From: Syncephalis fuscata S228
Lineage: Eukaryota > Fungi > Zoopagomycota
DNA: 64,000 nt
Direction: 5' to 3'
Assembly (NCBI GenBank): GCA_025786725.1
Contig: JAHLTZ010000018.1
Span: forward strand, 1 to 64,000
Part shown: positions 37,273 to 49,344 of the stretch, piece after piece
Numbering within the stretch: position 1 is the stretch's first letter
How the letters are laid out: each line of letters opens with the position of its first letter
Position numbers and translations under genes: made by a program
The notes under the pieces: generated by a model
Told to the model about the DNA's origin: nothing
What the model saw: only the letters and a program-made list of their open reading frames with translations
Database searches by the model: none

Positions 37273-38390
37273 ATTAAGCAGATGTATTGAATGGATGGTG
37301 TGCATGAGCTGTAGCCAGCAATCTTGTCACTTGTTCATTGGTTGTCTATAAAATTATATAATATATTATTATTATTAAAGCGTGTTTAATTAAATGTTAA
37401 AAAAGCTACCTGAGTAAAATCATCATAGAATCGACCTATTATTATAGATTATTACACTGATTAAACAGCTTCTATTTATATTTACCAATGCTACTAAGAT
37501 AAGTGGGACATGTCAGACAAATAACACGATCGGCTAGTTTGGCCATTGCTTGACAACTTTCAGGCGCACCCACAGGTGCTGCAACAATAAGCTGCTTTGG
37601 ATGTCTATTAGATTATATATAATTTATATATATAGATTATGTGTATAATTTATTAGTAATTATGTTTAAATAATTTGTAAATAAACTTACCCAGATCGCA
37701 CACTTTGACACGCAACACGCATAGTTGCACCAGTGGCAATACCTGTAATGTAAATATTATTTAAAATTAATTTAATAAAAAATACAACTAGATTTTTACC
37801 ATCTAATATTACAGTCAATATTAGTCATTACTAAATAACGGCTATATTATTTGATATAGCTTACCATCAACTATTATTACTGTTTTGTTTATAATTGAAG
37901 GTGGAGATTTGCCTTGACGGTATATTTGCTCACGTCGGTTTATTTCCGCCAACTGTTAGATTAACAGCGGTTTATTAATATACATATTGGACGACTAAAT
38001 AGACCTACCTTTCTATCTTTAACCTCTTCAGCTATACTGTCATCAATACCGGCCGCTTGACGAATTCCATCATTATATACAACAAAATCTCCTTCAGCAA
38101 TAGCACCAAACGCCAATTCCTCATGACTAGGTAATATTATAGCTATTGCTATTTATTTGCAAAAATACACCTGCTTACCCGGGTACTCCTAGTTTACGTA
38201 CAAGACACACGTCAAGAGGTGCGCCCAATCGTTGAGCTACGATCGATGCCACCGGCACACCACCACGAGGCAAAGCCAGTACAACGATGTCCTCGGGCGC
38301 CACATCGCTTAACTTCTCCATTAGACGATCAGCGAGCTGCTGTCCAGCATCTACACGATCTTTGAAGCAAATATTTTGATTATACAGCAT
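37273..38390 (-). CDS. Prokaryote-type phosphoribosyltransferase (Rv0571c-like family), intron-rich
   Basis: FKDRVDAGQQLA, VLALPRGGVPVA, VRKLGVPGHEELAFGAIAE, VIIVDDGIATGATMR, IVAAPVG, IGRFYDDFTQTTNEQV. Exact stop uncertain. Confidence 0.85.
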
Positions 38391-38569
38391 AATTAAAGCT
38401 ATGAGAAAGAGTAATATTAAATTGAAACGGTTTCAAATAATTGCTTATAGGTCTAATGTGTGTTATGTGACGTTTACGATGATTGGCCATATCTGATCAA
38501 ACTGAGAAATTAGTCATTATTATTATTTCTTTTCACCTTCTTTCTTCTGCCATTGTGCCCATCGTTGCT

Positions 38570-40361
38570 ATGGATTCACCCTTGTCAGCCACGTTGTCGC
38601 CAACGAGTACAGCGCAGTCTGTGCAGAATTCGCCAAAAAAATCGACAAAGGAGATGTCGAAGAAGGAACGACGTGAATTACAGGTAAGTTGACGAGATCA
38701 CTAGCTACTTGATGTTGATGATGGATCCAATACTTAAGGAACGTCAACGAGCGGAAAAAGCCGCCCAAAAACAAGGCATCACTCCAGATAATAAGGGAAA
38801 GAAGGTGGTAAAGCCGGCACCCGCTACTAATGCACCTTCAATGGCCACTACTGCCTCTACTAGTGGAGGTACAGCGACTACTGCTACAGCAAAAAGCAAA
38901 CGTAGTCTATTTGACCAAGAGTATCCATCGCTAGTGGCTCATTTAAGTGTTGCAAAGGGGGTCACTAGCAAGGCAGATAAGGATGTCCATCCGGCTATCC
39001 TCGCCCTTGGACTAGCCTACTCGGAATATCGTATTTGTGGCAGTAATGCACGTTGTGTTGCGTTACTTGGTGCTTTAAAGAAAGTAAGTAGCTATTATTA
39101 GTACCATTACTATGGTATACTAAATGATAATGAACTAGGTTATTAGAGATTATCAAACACCGCCTAATGTGCATATATCTCGTCATTTACAAACTTATTT
39201 ATCACCACAAATCAACTTTCTAGTGGGTATGCGACCATTATCAGTCAGCATGGGCAATGCTATTCGCTACTTAAAATACGAGATTTCTATACTAGATGTT
39301 GATACTTCTGATGAAGAGGTAATATATATATATACAGATATATATATATTTATTAACGATAATGATAACTATTATTATATCAAACACAATTAGAGCAAGA
39401 AACATATTATCGGTCGTATTGATGCATTTATCAATGAGCGAATCTTACGAGCCGATGAAGAAATAGTAGAACATGCAGTTCGCAAGATACAAAATGGTGA
39501 TGTTATTTTGACATTTGCACGGTAAGAAGTAGAATAAATATAATAAATTAGGTATATAATAATGTGTATTAGATCATCGGCTGTACAACAAGTTTTAATG
39601 GCTGCTAAAGAACGAGGCATTAAGTTTAAAGTCATTGTTGTCGATTCCCGTCCATTATTAGAAGGTGAATAGACTGTACTTATTGTATTAGTGCTACTAA
39701 TTAATAGTTTATTAATTGGCTAAATAGGAAAGAAATTGTTGACGGCACTTAATGCTGTGGGTATTGATTGTACCTACACTTGGTTAAATGGTCTATCAAT
39801 TGCTATGGAGAATGTAAGTCATTTAGTAATTGCTGAATAAAGATTGCTTATTTTGTTTACAACTAGGCCACTAAAATATTCCTCGGTGCACATGCTATGC
39901 TGTCCAATGGTGCAATGATATCACGAGCAGGCACAGCCTCAGTGGCATTGGCCGCTCATGAACGGCGAGTACCTGTTCTTGTTTGTTGTGAGACTTATAA
40001 ATTCACAGATCGTGTGCAAATGGATTCATTTGTATGGAATGAATTGGGTAAATATACGTTTAACGTTAAATAGCATTAATTGATCAATGATTAAATATAG
40101 GTCGTCCATCAACAATTTTAAATACACCCAATGAAAGTCCACTTCATAGTGTAGTTGACAATCCACGTCTTAAACTACTTTGCATGACCTATGATGTTAC
40201 ACCACCTTCTCTCATGAACTTGGTGGTGACAGATATTGGCATGATTCCATGTGAAAGTGTTTCAATGGTGTTACGCGAATACAAGTAAGTGGTTAAATAG
40301 ATGTAATAAACTGTTACTAACACGATTGACGCGTTATAATAGACCCATGACACAGCAATAA
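38570..40361 (+). CDS. GCD2: Translation initiation factor eIF2B delta subunit, multi-exon
   Basis: [25 protein letters not shown]...[65 protein letters not shown]. Confidence 0.93.
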
Positions 40362-40498
40362 GTGTCGTTTACTTGGTTTATCTATTCCATCTGCCCATTT
40401 GACTATGCCTACTCGTTGACATGCACACATACATATACACATTTATCTATTATCATTTTAAAAGAATATTCCTATTGTTTAAAATTAATGGCCACCCA

Positions 40499-41013
40499 TT
40501 ACATCATATATGTCTTGTCTGGTCGAGTAATGATATCTTTCAATTTGTCTCCTAGCTTGATGGTTGTTTGACGAATAACCCGTGTATCAATACGCAAATT
40601 ATCCGTTAATTCTTTTACAGTGGCGGGGTTTGCATCAAAGTGCATTAACCAATAGCTAGAAGAAGCGAAGACGCGATCAGTATTGTTACATGTATATTCT
40701 AGTCTCTGTATTTGTTGTAGATAACAACAACACTTCTACTCACTGGCCTCGGTGATGATAGAGCTGGTGACGTTTCATACGGTAGGGCAATTCACGTTCT
40801 CCTAGATTAACAAAGCCACGTACCACGCCGCCATTCTGTAGAATAGAACGCGCGCTTGTTCGGAGTAGATCTCCTAACTGTGCCTAATAATCAATACATG
40901 ATCATAGATAAGTAAGAAGATCAACAACATGCTGTGTCTTCATGTATACCTAGATCTACACTTACCGTTTGTATTCTACCGCGTGAAATGCAGACAAGTT
41001 CGTAGAATGGCAT
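40499..41013 (-). CDS. MRP17: Mitochondrial ribosomal protein bS6m, 3 exons
   Basis: MPFYELVCISR...ILQNGGVVRGFVNLGERELPYRMKRHQ...YWLMHFDANP...LRIDTRVIRQTTIKLGDKL. Confidence 0.9.
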
Positions 41014-41529
41014 AGTGGCGAAAGGAAAGATTAAAATGATATTTAAGAAAAGTAAAAAAATTGAATTAAATCAAATAACTATATTATTTACACTGAATCA
41101 TAGTAACACTTGAGTTAATTAATAGCTATACGTAGTCATAAATAAATTGGATTTCTATAACATAGCTAATATCTTTACAATAAAACTGACAGTAATTATT
41201 ACAATATCAATTAAACTTGTTGAAGTGGCGGTGTATTTAATTAAATAGCTAATATTAATAAATGTAAATTATGTACCAATAACGATTGGACTAATTATAT
41301 GAATGGTAATAGATATACAATTAAGAATTAATAATAACAACATACAATATCTTAATAATGCCATATAATAATACTAATAGTAAAACATTACGAATACTTG
41401 ATGTATGTGACTGATGGTCTCAAAAACATATCCTTTTCTTTTCCCAGTAACTACCTCATCTCATCTATTTTTTTGATATAGCTATTTTGTTATTGAAAGA
41501 TCTACATATACAACTAGTGTCCATTGACC

Positions 41530-43728
41530 ATGTCTGGCTTGTACGAGTAAGTAACGGGTTGCTATTTAATGTAGATGATCAGTCTCTAATCAACATTATC
41601 TTATACAAGGGCTCTGCCTAAGCCAGTGTATACCACTGAAACGACTAAACCAACGCCACGATCTGGCTCTGCTTCGGATGCCTCTTCAGTGCTGTCAACT
41701 GCGATTACTTTAGTAGGAAATAGCAATACGAGACAAATACCACCTTATGGACAGCGACAAAGTTACCTGCCTAGAGCAGAAGCTGATTTTGGTGATGGCG
41801 GTGCTTTTCCAGAAATCCACATTCCTCAGTATCCTTTAGGCATGGGCCGCAAGAAAGTGAGTATCTATCGGTACTAATAAGCTAAACGCACTATTTAGCA
41901 ATACTAATACTTGCGTACCACTCTATATTGCTATTGCATAGGATGCGGCCGGTAAAACATTAGCTCTGCAAGTAGACGCAGAAGGCAATGTTCGTTATGA
42001 CGCAGTAGTACGACAAGGACATGACAAAGATCGCATTATCCAGTCACAGTTTCGCGATCTAGTGCCATTGAGAAATAGAGCTGATGCTGGAGAAGTATCA
42101 TTGGAAAAGCCCGATGAGGACGCGATCCAGGAAACAACCGATCGTACAAGAGCTGCACTAGAGAAGATTATTACAGGTAATATGGCGTGTGTGATGTATT
42201 TGTTATTACTATGGGCTAATTTTTATTAATATTTAGGCAAAATTGCTGCGGCCAAGCCAAAAAATGTTAATGTTGAGAAGAAAGAGGCTATGTATATTCG
42301 ATATACGCCTGGCCAACAAATGGATAGTCATAATTCAGGTGCTAAACAGCGTATTATTCGTATGTCAGAAATGCCTGTGGATCCAATGATGCCACCGAAA
42401 TTCAAACACACAAAAGTGCCACAAGGTAATTAAAGGCTTATATAAAATGATGAAATAGAAGGCAGTTTATTAATATGATTGTTTATAGCTCCACCCTCAC
42501 CTCCACCACCTGTATTACACTCACCACCGCGTAAACTGACGGCTGATCAACAAAAGGATTGGGTCATTCCACCATGTGTATCGAATTGGAAGAATCCTAA
42601 AGGTTTTACCATTGCATTGGATAAACGATTGGCTGCAGATGGTCGTGGCTTACAAGAAGTGACGATTAACGATAAGTTTGCCAATCTTGCCGAAGCGTTT
42701 ATTGCGGCGGAACGACATGCCAGAGAAGAAATCCGCTTACGTGCAAAGATGCAGCAAGTATTGGCACAGAAGGAAAAGGTTGCCAAAGAGGAGAATCTAC
42801 GTTTATTGGCTCAACGTGCGCGCGAAGAACGGTAAGTCATCATTAATGGTAAATCTATAACAGCTTATACATAATGCATTCATAGAGCGGGAGCCATGGG
42901 CGGAGAAGGCAATGGTAAACAGCCTGCCGATCAATCGGATGAGGATGGTGAACACGCGGAGGATGCAGAAATGCAGGAGCGTGAAGCATTGCGCAGAGAA
43001 CGAGCACACGAGCGTCAACGAGATAGTCGATTGTCGCGTATGGGTGCAGAACAAAAGGCCAAGCATATTGCTAGGTACGCATATGAGACTATGATGAGTA
43101 TTTTTTTTATTAATAGTGGCGATATAGAGAGCAAGGTCGAGACATTTCGGAAAAGATTGCACTTGGCTTGGCCAAACCAACTGTCTCAAAAGAGAGTATG
43201 TTTGACCAGCGTCTCTATAATCAGTCGGCGGGTCTTGACTCTGGTTTCCGTGGCGATGATGTTTACGATACATACGATAAACCGCTATTCCGTGGCACGG
43301 CTAATGCCACTATCTACCGCCCTACAGTAGGCCAGGATGATGATCAGTATGGTGGTGGTAATGCAGAAGAGATTGGAAGTATGCTAGGCAATGAACGATT
43401 TAGCGCGGCCGGTTTGGGTGCATCTCGAGAAACAATGGAAGGCGGGGTAAGTTTAATCGACTAAATAGCTACGAGCTTATTACAATATAGATGCTAACGA
43501 TAATGATGTTAAATAGTCACGCGATGGTCCAGTGCAATTTGAGAAGGAACGAGTTCAGCGAATGGATCCATTTGGTACGGATAAATTATTGGCTGACGTG
43601 AAACATGGTAAACGCAGTCTAGAGTATGGACTATCGTAAGTTATATGAGCCATTACTTAGATAATAGATACTGATATTGTGACAATTATTTTAGTAATGA
43701 TGAGCGGTCTAAACGAACAAGAGATTAA
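41530..43728 (+). CDS. PRP45: Pre-mRNA splicing factor Prp45/SNW1 (SKIP), multi-exon
   Basis: DFGDGGAFPEIHIPQYPLGMG, DPMMPPKFKH, PPSPPPPVLHSPPRK, IPPCVSNWKNPKGFTIALDKRLAADGRGL, YDKPLF. Confidence 0.96.
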
Positions 43729-44123
43729 TAAATTTATAAATATATTCAAAATAAAATCTGTTTGTAGCAACTATATACTAAATCATATGTGTGTGTATTT
43801 ATTAAACTAACTTATTAGCAATAAATATTAAACTAGAATGCATGTTATTTAATTAAACTGATATTTGTTAGCTATTATGCTAGACAGATTGCTACATCTA
43901 TCGTTTATCAAGTTTAACTAGTTGACTCATAATTGATTTATACCATTTTTTGAATACTATAATACTGCGCTGTTTATTTAGTAGTGTTGGGGCGATTACA
44001 AATAATCTTGGTTGTTTATTTTATTTTAATGGTTTAGTCATCTAGATACATATATTATTACTAATGTTGCTAGTAAAGATCTGATAATAACCAGACATAA
44101 AAATTGAATGCATATAATAATAG

Positions 44124-44460
44124 TGTGGTAGTTGTTCGTTTCCACGATTTGTTGGAAGGCTCATCCTGAAAAGGATTTAAGTGTACGCTTAAAATGATAA
44201 CTACGATAGTAATTGACACGACACCTCAACTCTGAGATGCATATGACCACACGAATAAACTCCACAAGTACTCGGACTTGCTTTAAGATAAACGACTAAA
44301 TATAACTCAAACGTGAACTACTCTTCTTTTTATTTAATTTTACGCGCAATATTCATCTCATTTATATTAAAGGCGCGCCATGCATAGCGTGGCAAGGCCG
44401 AGCTATGTGTTCTTCAGCTAAAAATAGTAAGATTGGCAACAGCACATTTCCTTCACCACA
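44124..44460 (-). repeat. 3' LTR
   Basis: Matches 48703-49039 with 3 substitutions seen by eye. Confidence 0.95.
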
Positions 44461-44486
44461 ACCGCGGGACCCTGTTGGAAGTTACT

Positions 44487-47400
44487 TCATTGACTTCCAG
44501 ATGTAGCCGTCATAATCGGCGCATAATATCGCTTTATGCGATTACCGGAAATTGTGCTTCGCATCCGCGTACCATCGAGCTCAGCCAACTCATATACTCC
44601 TTTGTTGGGTCTACCAACCACTATATATGGTCCCATCCATCTTGGAGTAAGTTTAGCATCCGTCTTACGTATGGGTCTATTATCTCGCAGTAGTACCATT
44701 TCTCCTATCTTAACAGATTCCTTCCTAACATTCTGCTTCTTGTCGTAATACATCTTATTATTCATCCTAGACTTATCTAACTTCACTCCTGCTTCCTCCC
44801 TATCCCATGCGGTTGATAATAATTGACTAGCTCGCATACTTAATAACTCCTCGGTCGTCATTTCTTTCTTCCACTGTAAGGTAAGCCAAGTCTCTTCATC
44901 TATGTCAAACGGCAACACACAATCTTGCCCGTATACCAGCTGATATGGGCTCCGCTGAGTTGTACGCTTAGTGGTAATTCTGTCGGCCCACAATACAGCG
45001 TGCAAATACTTAGGCCAGTTTGCGTAATCTTCTCCTACTATCTTTACCAGTCCGCCCATTAGTTCCTGATGTCCTCGTTCAATCATCCCATCTGTCAACA
45101 TTTCTTGTCCCATGTCAACACGACTAAGCGCATCAGCTACTACGTTCTTATCACCCGGAATATGACGTATTTCATAATTAAACAACGAAAGGTAAGCTAC
45201 CCATCGACTTGCTGCATCATTAGGTAAATCAGGCTTTCTCAGCATGCCGATGACAGGTCTAGCGTCTGTCTCAATGATAAATTTCACACCATGCACATAT
45301 TTCCTCACTTTCTTCACCATCTGATATAAACCAAATAATTCTCGTTTGACTTGTGCGTATCGTCTCTGCGCACCGTTAAATAAACAACTGTCATACCGCA
45401 CAGCATACTTCACTCCTTCTTCATCGCATTGTCCCAACACAGCGCCAGCACCAACAGGACTAGCATCTACTGTTAAGATAAGTGGTCGATTGTCGTCACC
45501 ATACACCGGCGGTCGTATGACTGGTCTTTCACTAATACTTCGTTTTAGCGCATCGAATGCTCGTTGTTGTTCACCTTTCCAGTGAAATACTACTTTCTTC
45601 TTCTGTAGATAATACAATGGCTCGGCGATCGTAGAGAAGTGAGGAATAAGCACTCGGTAGAATGCACAACAGGCCACAAATGCTCGTACTTGCTTCTTAT
45701 CGACTGGTGTTGGCCATTGCGTAATCTTAACCGTCTTATCCGGAGTTACAGTTCTTCCTAGTTGGGTACACTGGTAACCTAACACTTCCACCTCATCCAT
45801 ACCAAATCTGCATTTCTTTCCACTGACTGTTATTCCCGCCTTACTCAAAGCCTTTAACACTTTTACTACGTCAGCTACATGATCAAACACAAACGCTCTT
45901 ACTCCTGGCAATACAATACTTTCATTCTTCTCCACCGATCCTTTAACTATCCCGTCGTCCACGAATATGCCTACTGTATGCGGCATATACTCACTCAGTA
46001 TCTTATTTACGATCCGCTGAAACACTCCGACGCTATTACACCAACCCATCGGTAACCGTGTCATCCTCACCAGTCCAATCGGCGTCATCAATGAGAATAT
46101 ATCACGATCACGATTGTCGACAGGGATTTGATCGTAACCGGAATATAGATCAAACGTAGATATAATAGATCTACCTGACACGTCTTCAGTAAGTTCTTCT
46201 GACAGCGGCGGTGCATTGGCATTCTTGATACTAACAGAATTGGCTTGTTGTAGGTCTTGTATGAATCGTAACTTAGATCCATCTTTCTTAGCAATCACAA
46301 ACCAGCGATTACTATAAGCACCAGTACTTGGCTCAATAATTCCGCTATTCATCTTTTCCCGCAATAACTCTACTACTCTACTGAATGTCGCTCTTGGTAT
46401 CGGGATCGAAGCTTGCGTCCATGGCACATGCGGTACAGTTGGTATTCTTACAGGTGGTTCTATTTCCGCCTTAAGCTTACCCATCTCTTCGTCGTTGAAT
46501 GCAAAAACTTCGTCTACAGAGCGTAATTGCTCAATGAAGTACGCGGTCTCTTCTTCTGTTAATTGACCGTTTCCAATAATCATGTCCGCTATACGCTCGT
46601 CAGTCAATCTTGACTTGCTGCTCTCAGCTCGTTCTTCGTCTTCAGCTTCTTCTCCGTTTGGTACTGCCACGGCGATTGGTAACTTCTTCTTTCCGACCGG
46701 CTTGTATTTAGCGGCATAAACGGACGCAGTATTACCTGTTGTTACTGATTCACGCATGGTAATCGTACCTAACACTATTTCGTCCTCACTCTCTTCTTCT
46801 CGTAGCACCGTAACACTGTTCACATTCTTACGTTGGTCTTGCTGGCCTCTACCACTGGCTGATACCATTGTAGGAGCCGCAGGGAACTTAGCCGCGCTTC
46901 GGCCATCAGTTATGTGTACCCACGCTCTTCCGTCTTCTCGTTTGACCTCCCATAACGCTTCTTCTAACCAAGGCATTCCAACCAACGCATCGAACGGTGC
47001 TCCATCTACAACTATTAGGTGTGCGTTTATCGTTACTCCTCCAATGGTCACTGGTACGTTGATACACATGCCTCTAGACTTAGACGCTGTACCAGAAGCA
47101 TTACCCATCGACCATGCTCGCGCCGCATCCAATGGTAGACTACCAATCTGGTCATATAACTTGCCAGATATTACACTTATTTCAGCACCAGGATCGATTT
47201 GGATTTCTACCGGCTCTCCTGCCACTCGTCCCGTCACTTTAGCTGTTGGCCTAGCTACTATAGTGCCGTCTATCGTTGACAATCCGTCTACATACACCAC
47301 GGCTTGTTGTACCATTGTATCGATAGGCACCTTCTTACGACTGACCAACTCAGCCATCTTCTTTCTGGCAACAGACGATGTTGACAGGTAATCTTGTAGC

Positions 47401-48743
47401 GGCATCGTCACCTGCGCGCTACGTAGCAGCTTATCGACAGTGCCATCCACATCGGCTCCTTCCTCGATGACAGATCGGTATTGATGCGTGGCTGGTGGCC
47501 GCGCCTGCCTTTCCGTCATACTACCAGCTTCACGGGTTTCTACTGGCACCGCTTCCGACGCTTGACGAGTGCCTACACGTGCCCGTTTCATATTGACTTC
47601 GGCTATATGTTCTACATCCTCTACTACGATTTCTGGCTCTATAGTCGTTAACTGAACATCGCTTTCCCAAGTAAGGTCGTACTTGATCGGTCGCTCGGCA
47701 GTGATCATCCGTACGTTAGCCGTGTCGACCAGTAATTTGCGCATACCGCCTCGACCAGTATTCAACGGAACAAGCGAACCATTAGGGTATGTGACTTTAC
47801 CAGCGTCCAATGTAACCAATTTGTTTCGTAAATCATCAGTCACTAGTCCGCATTGACTTTTAACATGATCTGGCGAATCGCAATACAAGCACAGCAAATT
47901 CCTTCTGTCTCGCCCGTCCATTCGTCCTCTGTTGTCTTGCTGTTTTTCGACTAACAACACCAGTTGTCGGAACTGTTCTGATAAATCGTCTACCTTTCGT
48001 TCTATGGTGATATGATCCTGATTCTTCTTTCCAGATTCATCTGCTTTCTTGTTAATCCTCTCTTTGACTTTCTTCTCCTTCTTGATGATGGCGGCTTCTT
48101 CATCTGATTCGTTCTCATCCCTATCAATGTCGCTGTCTCTATCCGAATCTGTTATACCAAGGGCGATGTGCAACGCCTTGTCGTCTTCACATACGTTCAC
48201 CAGCGCGTCGCATAGTTGTTGATATGTATAGTTGTCTCGCGGCATCTTGGTAAAACACATTCTTAGATGAGTCTTATCGATAATCTTGCACAATCTTCGG
48301 ATTTTTTCACGCTCTGGCATGTCAATTACACATTTGCACAATAGATTATATTGATTTAGGAATAATACGGGCTGCGCATAATTGAAACCGCTTTTAAGTA
48401 GCGCGGATACTCGCTCTTCCGGTGACTTCTTAGTGGGCTTTCTACTATACGCCATCAACAGTTCTTTCTTCAACGCTTGCCAATCTCCACTCATTCCTTC
48501 TGGACTCGACGTTACGATGTGCGCAACATCTCCTCTGGTGTAGTTGAGTAAACACCGGATGGTTTCTTCATCTGACCACTCCATATATCTCGCATATTTA
48601 TCATATTGCGATAGGAATTCCTCGATACATCCTCCATTATAACGCTTGGGCGGCTTCACGGGGTAGGCGTGCACTCTAGAGCCCCCCGCATTGGGCTCCA
48701 GTTGTGGTAGTTGTTCGTTTCCACGATTTGTTGGAAGGCTCAT
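44487..48743 (-). CDS. Single Gag-Pol polyprotein, 1418 aa
   Basis: CLYCDSPDHVKSQC knuckle; IDPGAEISVI protease; FDLYSGYDQI, RLPMGWCNS, FVDD (RT); VDASPVGAGAVL...NVVADALSR (RNase H); GMIER...SPYQLVYG...WMGPY (integrase C-terminal half). Confidence 0.95.
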   Translation of the reverse strand: MSLPTNRGNEQLPQLEPNAGGSRVHAYPVKPPKRYNGGCIEEFLSQYDKYARYMEWSDEETIRCLLNYTRGDVAHIVTSSPEGMSGDWQALKKELLMAYSRKPTKKSPEERVSALLKSGFNYAQPVLFLNQYNLLCKCVIDMPEREKIRRLCKIIDKTHLRMCFTKMPRDNYTYQQLCDALVNVCEDDKALHIALGITDSDRDSDIDRDENESDEEAAIIKKEKKVKERINKKADESGKKNQDHITIERKVDDLSEQFRQLVLLVEKQQDNRGRMDGRDRRNLLCLYCDSPDHVKSQCGLVTDDLRNKLVTLDAGKVTYPNGSLVPLNTGRGGMRKLLVDTANVRMITAERPIKYDLTWESDVQLTTIEPEIVVEDVEHIAEVNMKRARVGTRQASEAVPVETREAGSMTERQARPPATHQYRSVIEEGADVDGTVDKLLRSAQVTMPLQDYLSTSSVARKKMAELVSRKKVPIDTMVQQAVVYVDGLSTIDGTIVARPTAKVTGRVAGEPVEIQIDPGAEISVISGKLYDQIGSLPLDAARAWSMGNASGTASKSRGMCINVPVTIGGVTINAHLIVVDGAPFDALVGMPWLEEALWEVKREDGRAWVHITDGRSAAKFPAAPTMVSASGRGQQDQRKNVNSVTVLREEESEDEIVLGTITMRESVTTGNTASVYAAKYKPVGKKKLPIAVAVPNGEEAEDEERAESSKSRLTDERIADMIIGNGQLTEEETAYFIEQLRSVDEVFAFNDEEMGKLKAEIEPPVRIPTVPHVPWTQASIPIPRATFSRVVELLREKMNSGIIEPSTGAYSNRWFVIAKKDGSKLRFIQDLQQANSVSIKNANAPPLSEELTEDVSGRSIISTFDLYSGYDQIPVDNRDRDIFSLMTPIGLVRMTRLPMGWCNSVGVFQRIVNKILSEYMPHTVGIFVDDGIVKGSVEKNESIVLPGVRAFVFDHVADVVKVLKALSKAGITVSGKKCRFGMDEVEVLGYQCTQLGRTVTPDKTVKITQWPTPVDKKQVRAFVACCAFYRVLIPHFSTIAEPLYYLQKKKVVFHWKGEQQRAFDALKRSISERPVIRPPVYGDDNRPLILTVDASPVGAGAVLGQCDEEGVKYAVRYDSCLFNGAQRRYAQVKRELFGLYQMVKKVRKYVHGVKFIIETDARPVIGMLRKPDLPNDAASRWVAYLSLFNYEIRHIPGDKNVVADALSRVDMGQEMLTDGMIERGHQELMGGLVKIVGEDYANWPKYLHAVLWADRITTKRTTQRSPYQLVYGQDCVLPFDIDEETWLTLQWKKEMTTEELLSMRASQLLSTAWDREEAGVKLDKSRMNNKMYYDKKQNVRKESVKIGEMVLLRDNRPIRKTDAKLTPRWMGPYIVVGRPNKGVYELAELDGTRMRSTISGNRIKRYYAPIMTATSGSQ
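48683..48700 (-). promoter_or_regulatory. Primer-binding site, probably tRNA-Lys(CUU)-like
   Basis: TGGAGCCCAATGCGGGGG lies 2 nt inside the 5' LTR; its complement ...CCCCGCATTGGGCTCCA resembles eukaryotic tRNA-Lys(CUU) 3' ends. Confidence 0.65.
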
Positions 48744-49039
48744 CCTGAAAAGGATTTAAGTGTACGCTTAAAATGATAACTACGATAGTAATTGACACGA
48801 CACCTCAACTCTGAGATGTATATGACCACACGAATAAACTCCACAAGTACTCGGACTTGCTTTAAGATAAACGACTAAATATAACTCAAACGTGAACTAC
48901 TCTTCTTTTTATTTAATTTTACGCGCAATATTCATCTCATTTATATTAAAAGCGCGCCATGCATAGCGTGGCAAGGCCGAGCTATGTGTTCATCAGCTAA
49001 AAATAGTAAGATTGGCAACAGCACATTTCCTTCACCACA
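48703..49039 (-). repeat. 5' LTR (contains the first ATG of the Gag-Pol ORF at 48743)
   Basis: Direct repeat of 44124-44460. Confidence 0.95.
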
Positions 49040-49344
49040 ATAGCATTATAATGAGTGAGATAAAACCAAAAAGGAGATGGTAAAAATAAGCAGCATTTGT
49101 AATGATTTGCTCAATGCATACTGTCTACAATGTGATTGTATAGTTGCACCAAGAGATGATACATTTCATTATTCATAGTAGTAGCAATTCAAGTGCTATT
49201 TAATATAATTAATATAGAATATTACGCAGTGTATCTTGCTATAGCGACATATCCAACAATACTGTAGCTCATTATAGTAGTGTTTATGTTTATGTGCAAA
49301 TACTATAATAATGACACTGTACAATATAATAATGCTTAATAATG

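Larger units (their letters stand above)
44124..49039 (-). mobile_element. Ty3/Gypsy LTR retrotransposon with 337-bp LTRs and 4-bp TSD; integrase internally deleted
   Basis: Direct repeats 44124-44460 and 48703-49039 (TGTGGT...ACCACA); TSD atag at 44120-44123 and 49040-49043; domain order gag-PR-RT-RH-IN. Confidence 0.96.

Noticed and set aside
46756-47391. 211-aa antisense ORF in the retrotransposon, and other antisense ORFs such as 58952-59518
   Set aside because: Shadow frames of well-supported genes with no independent motifs.
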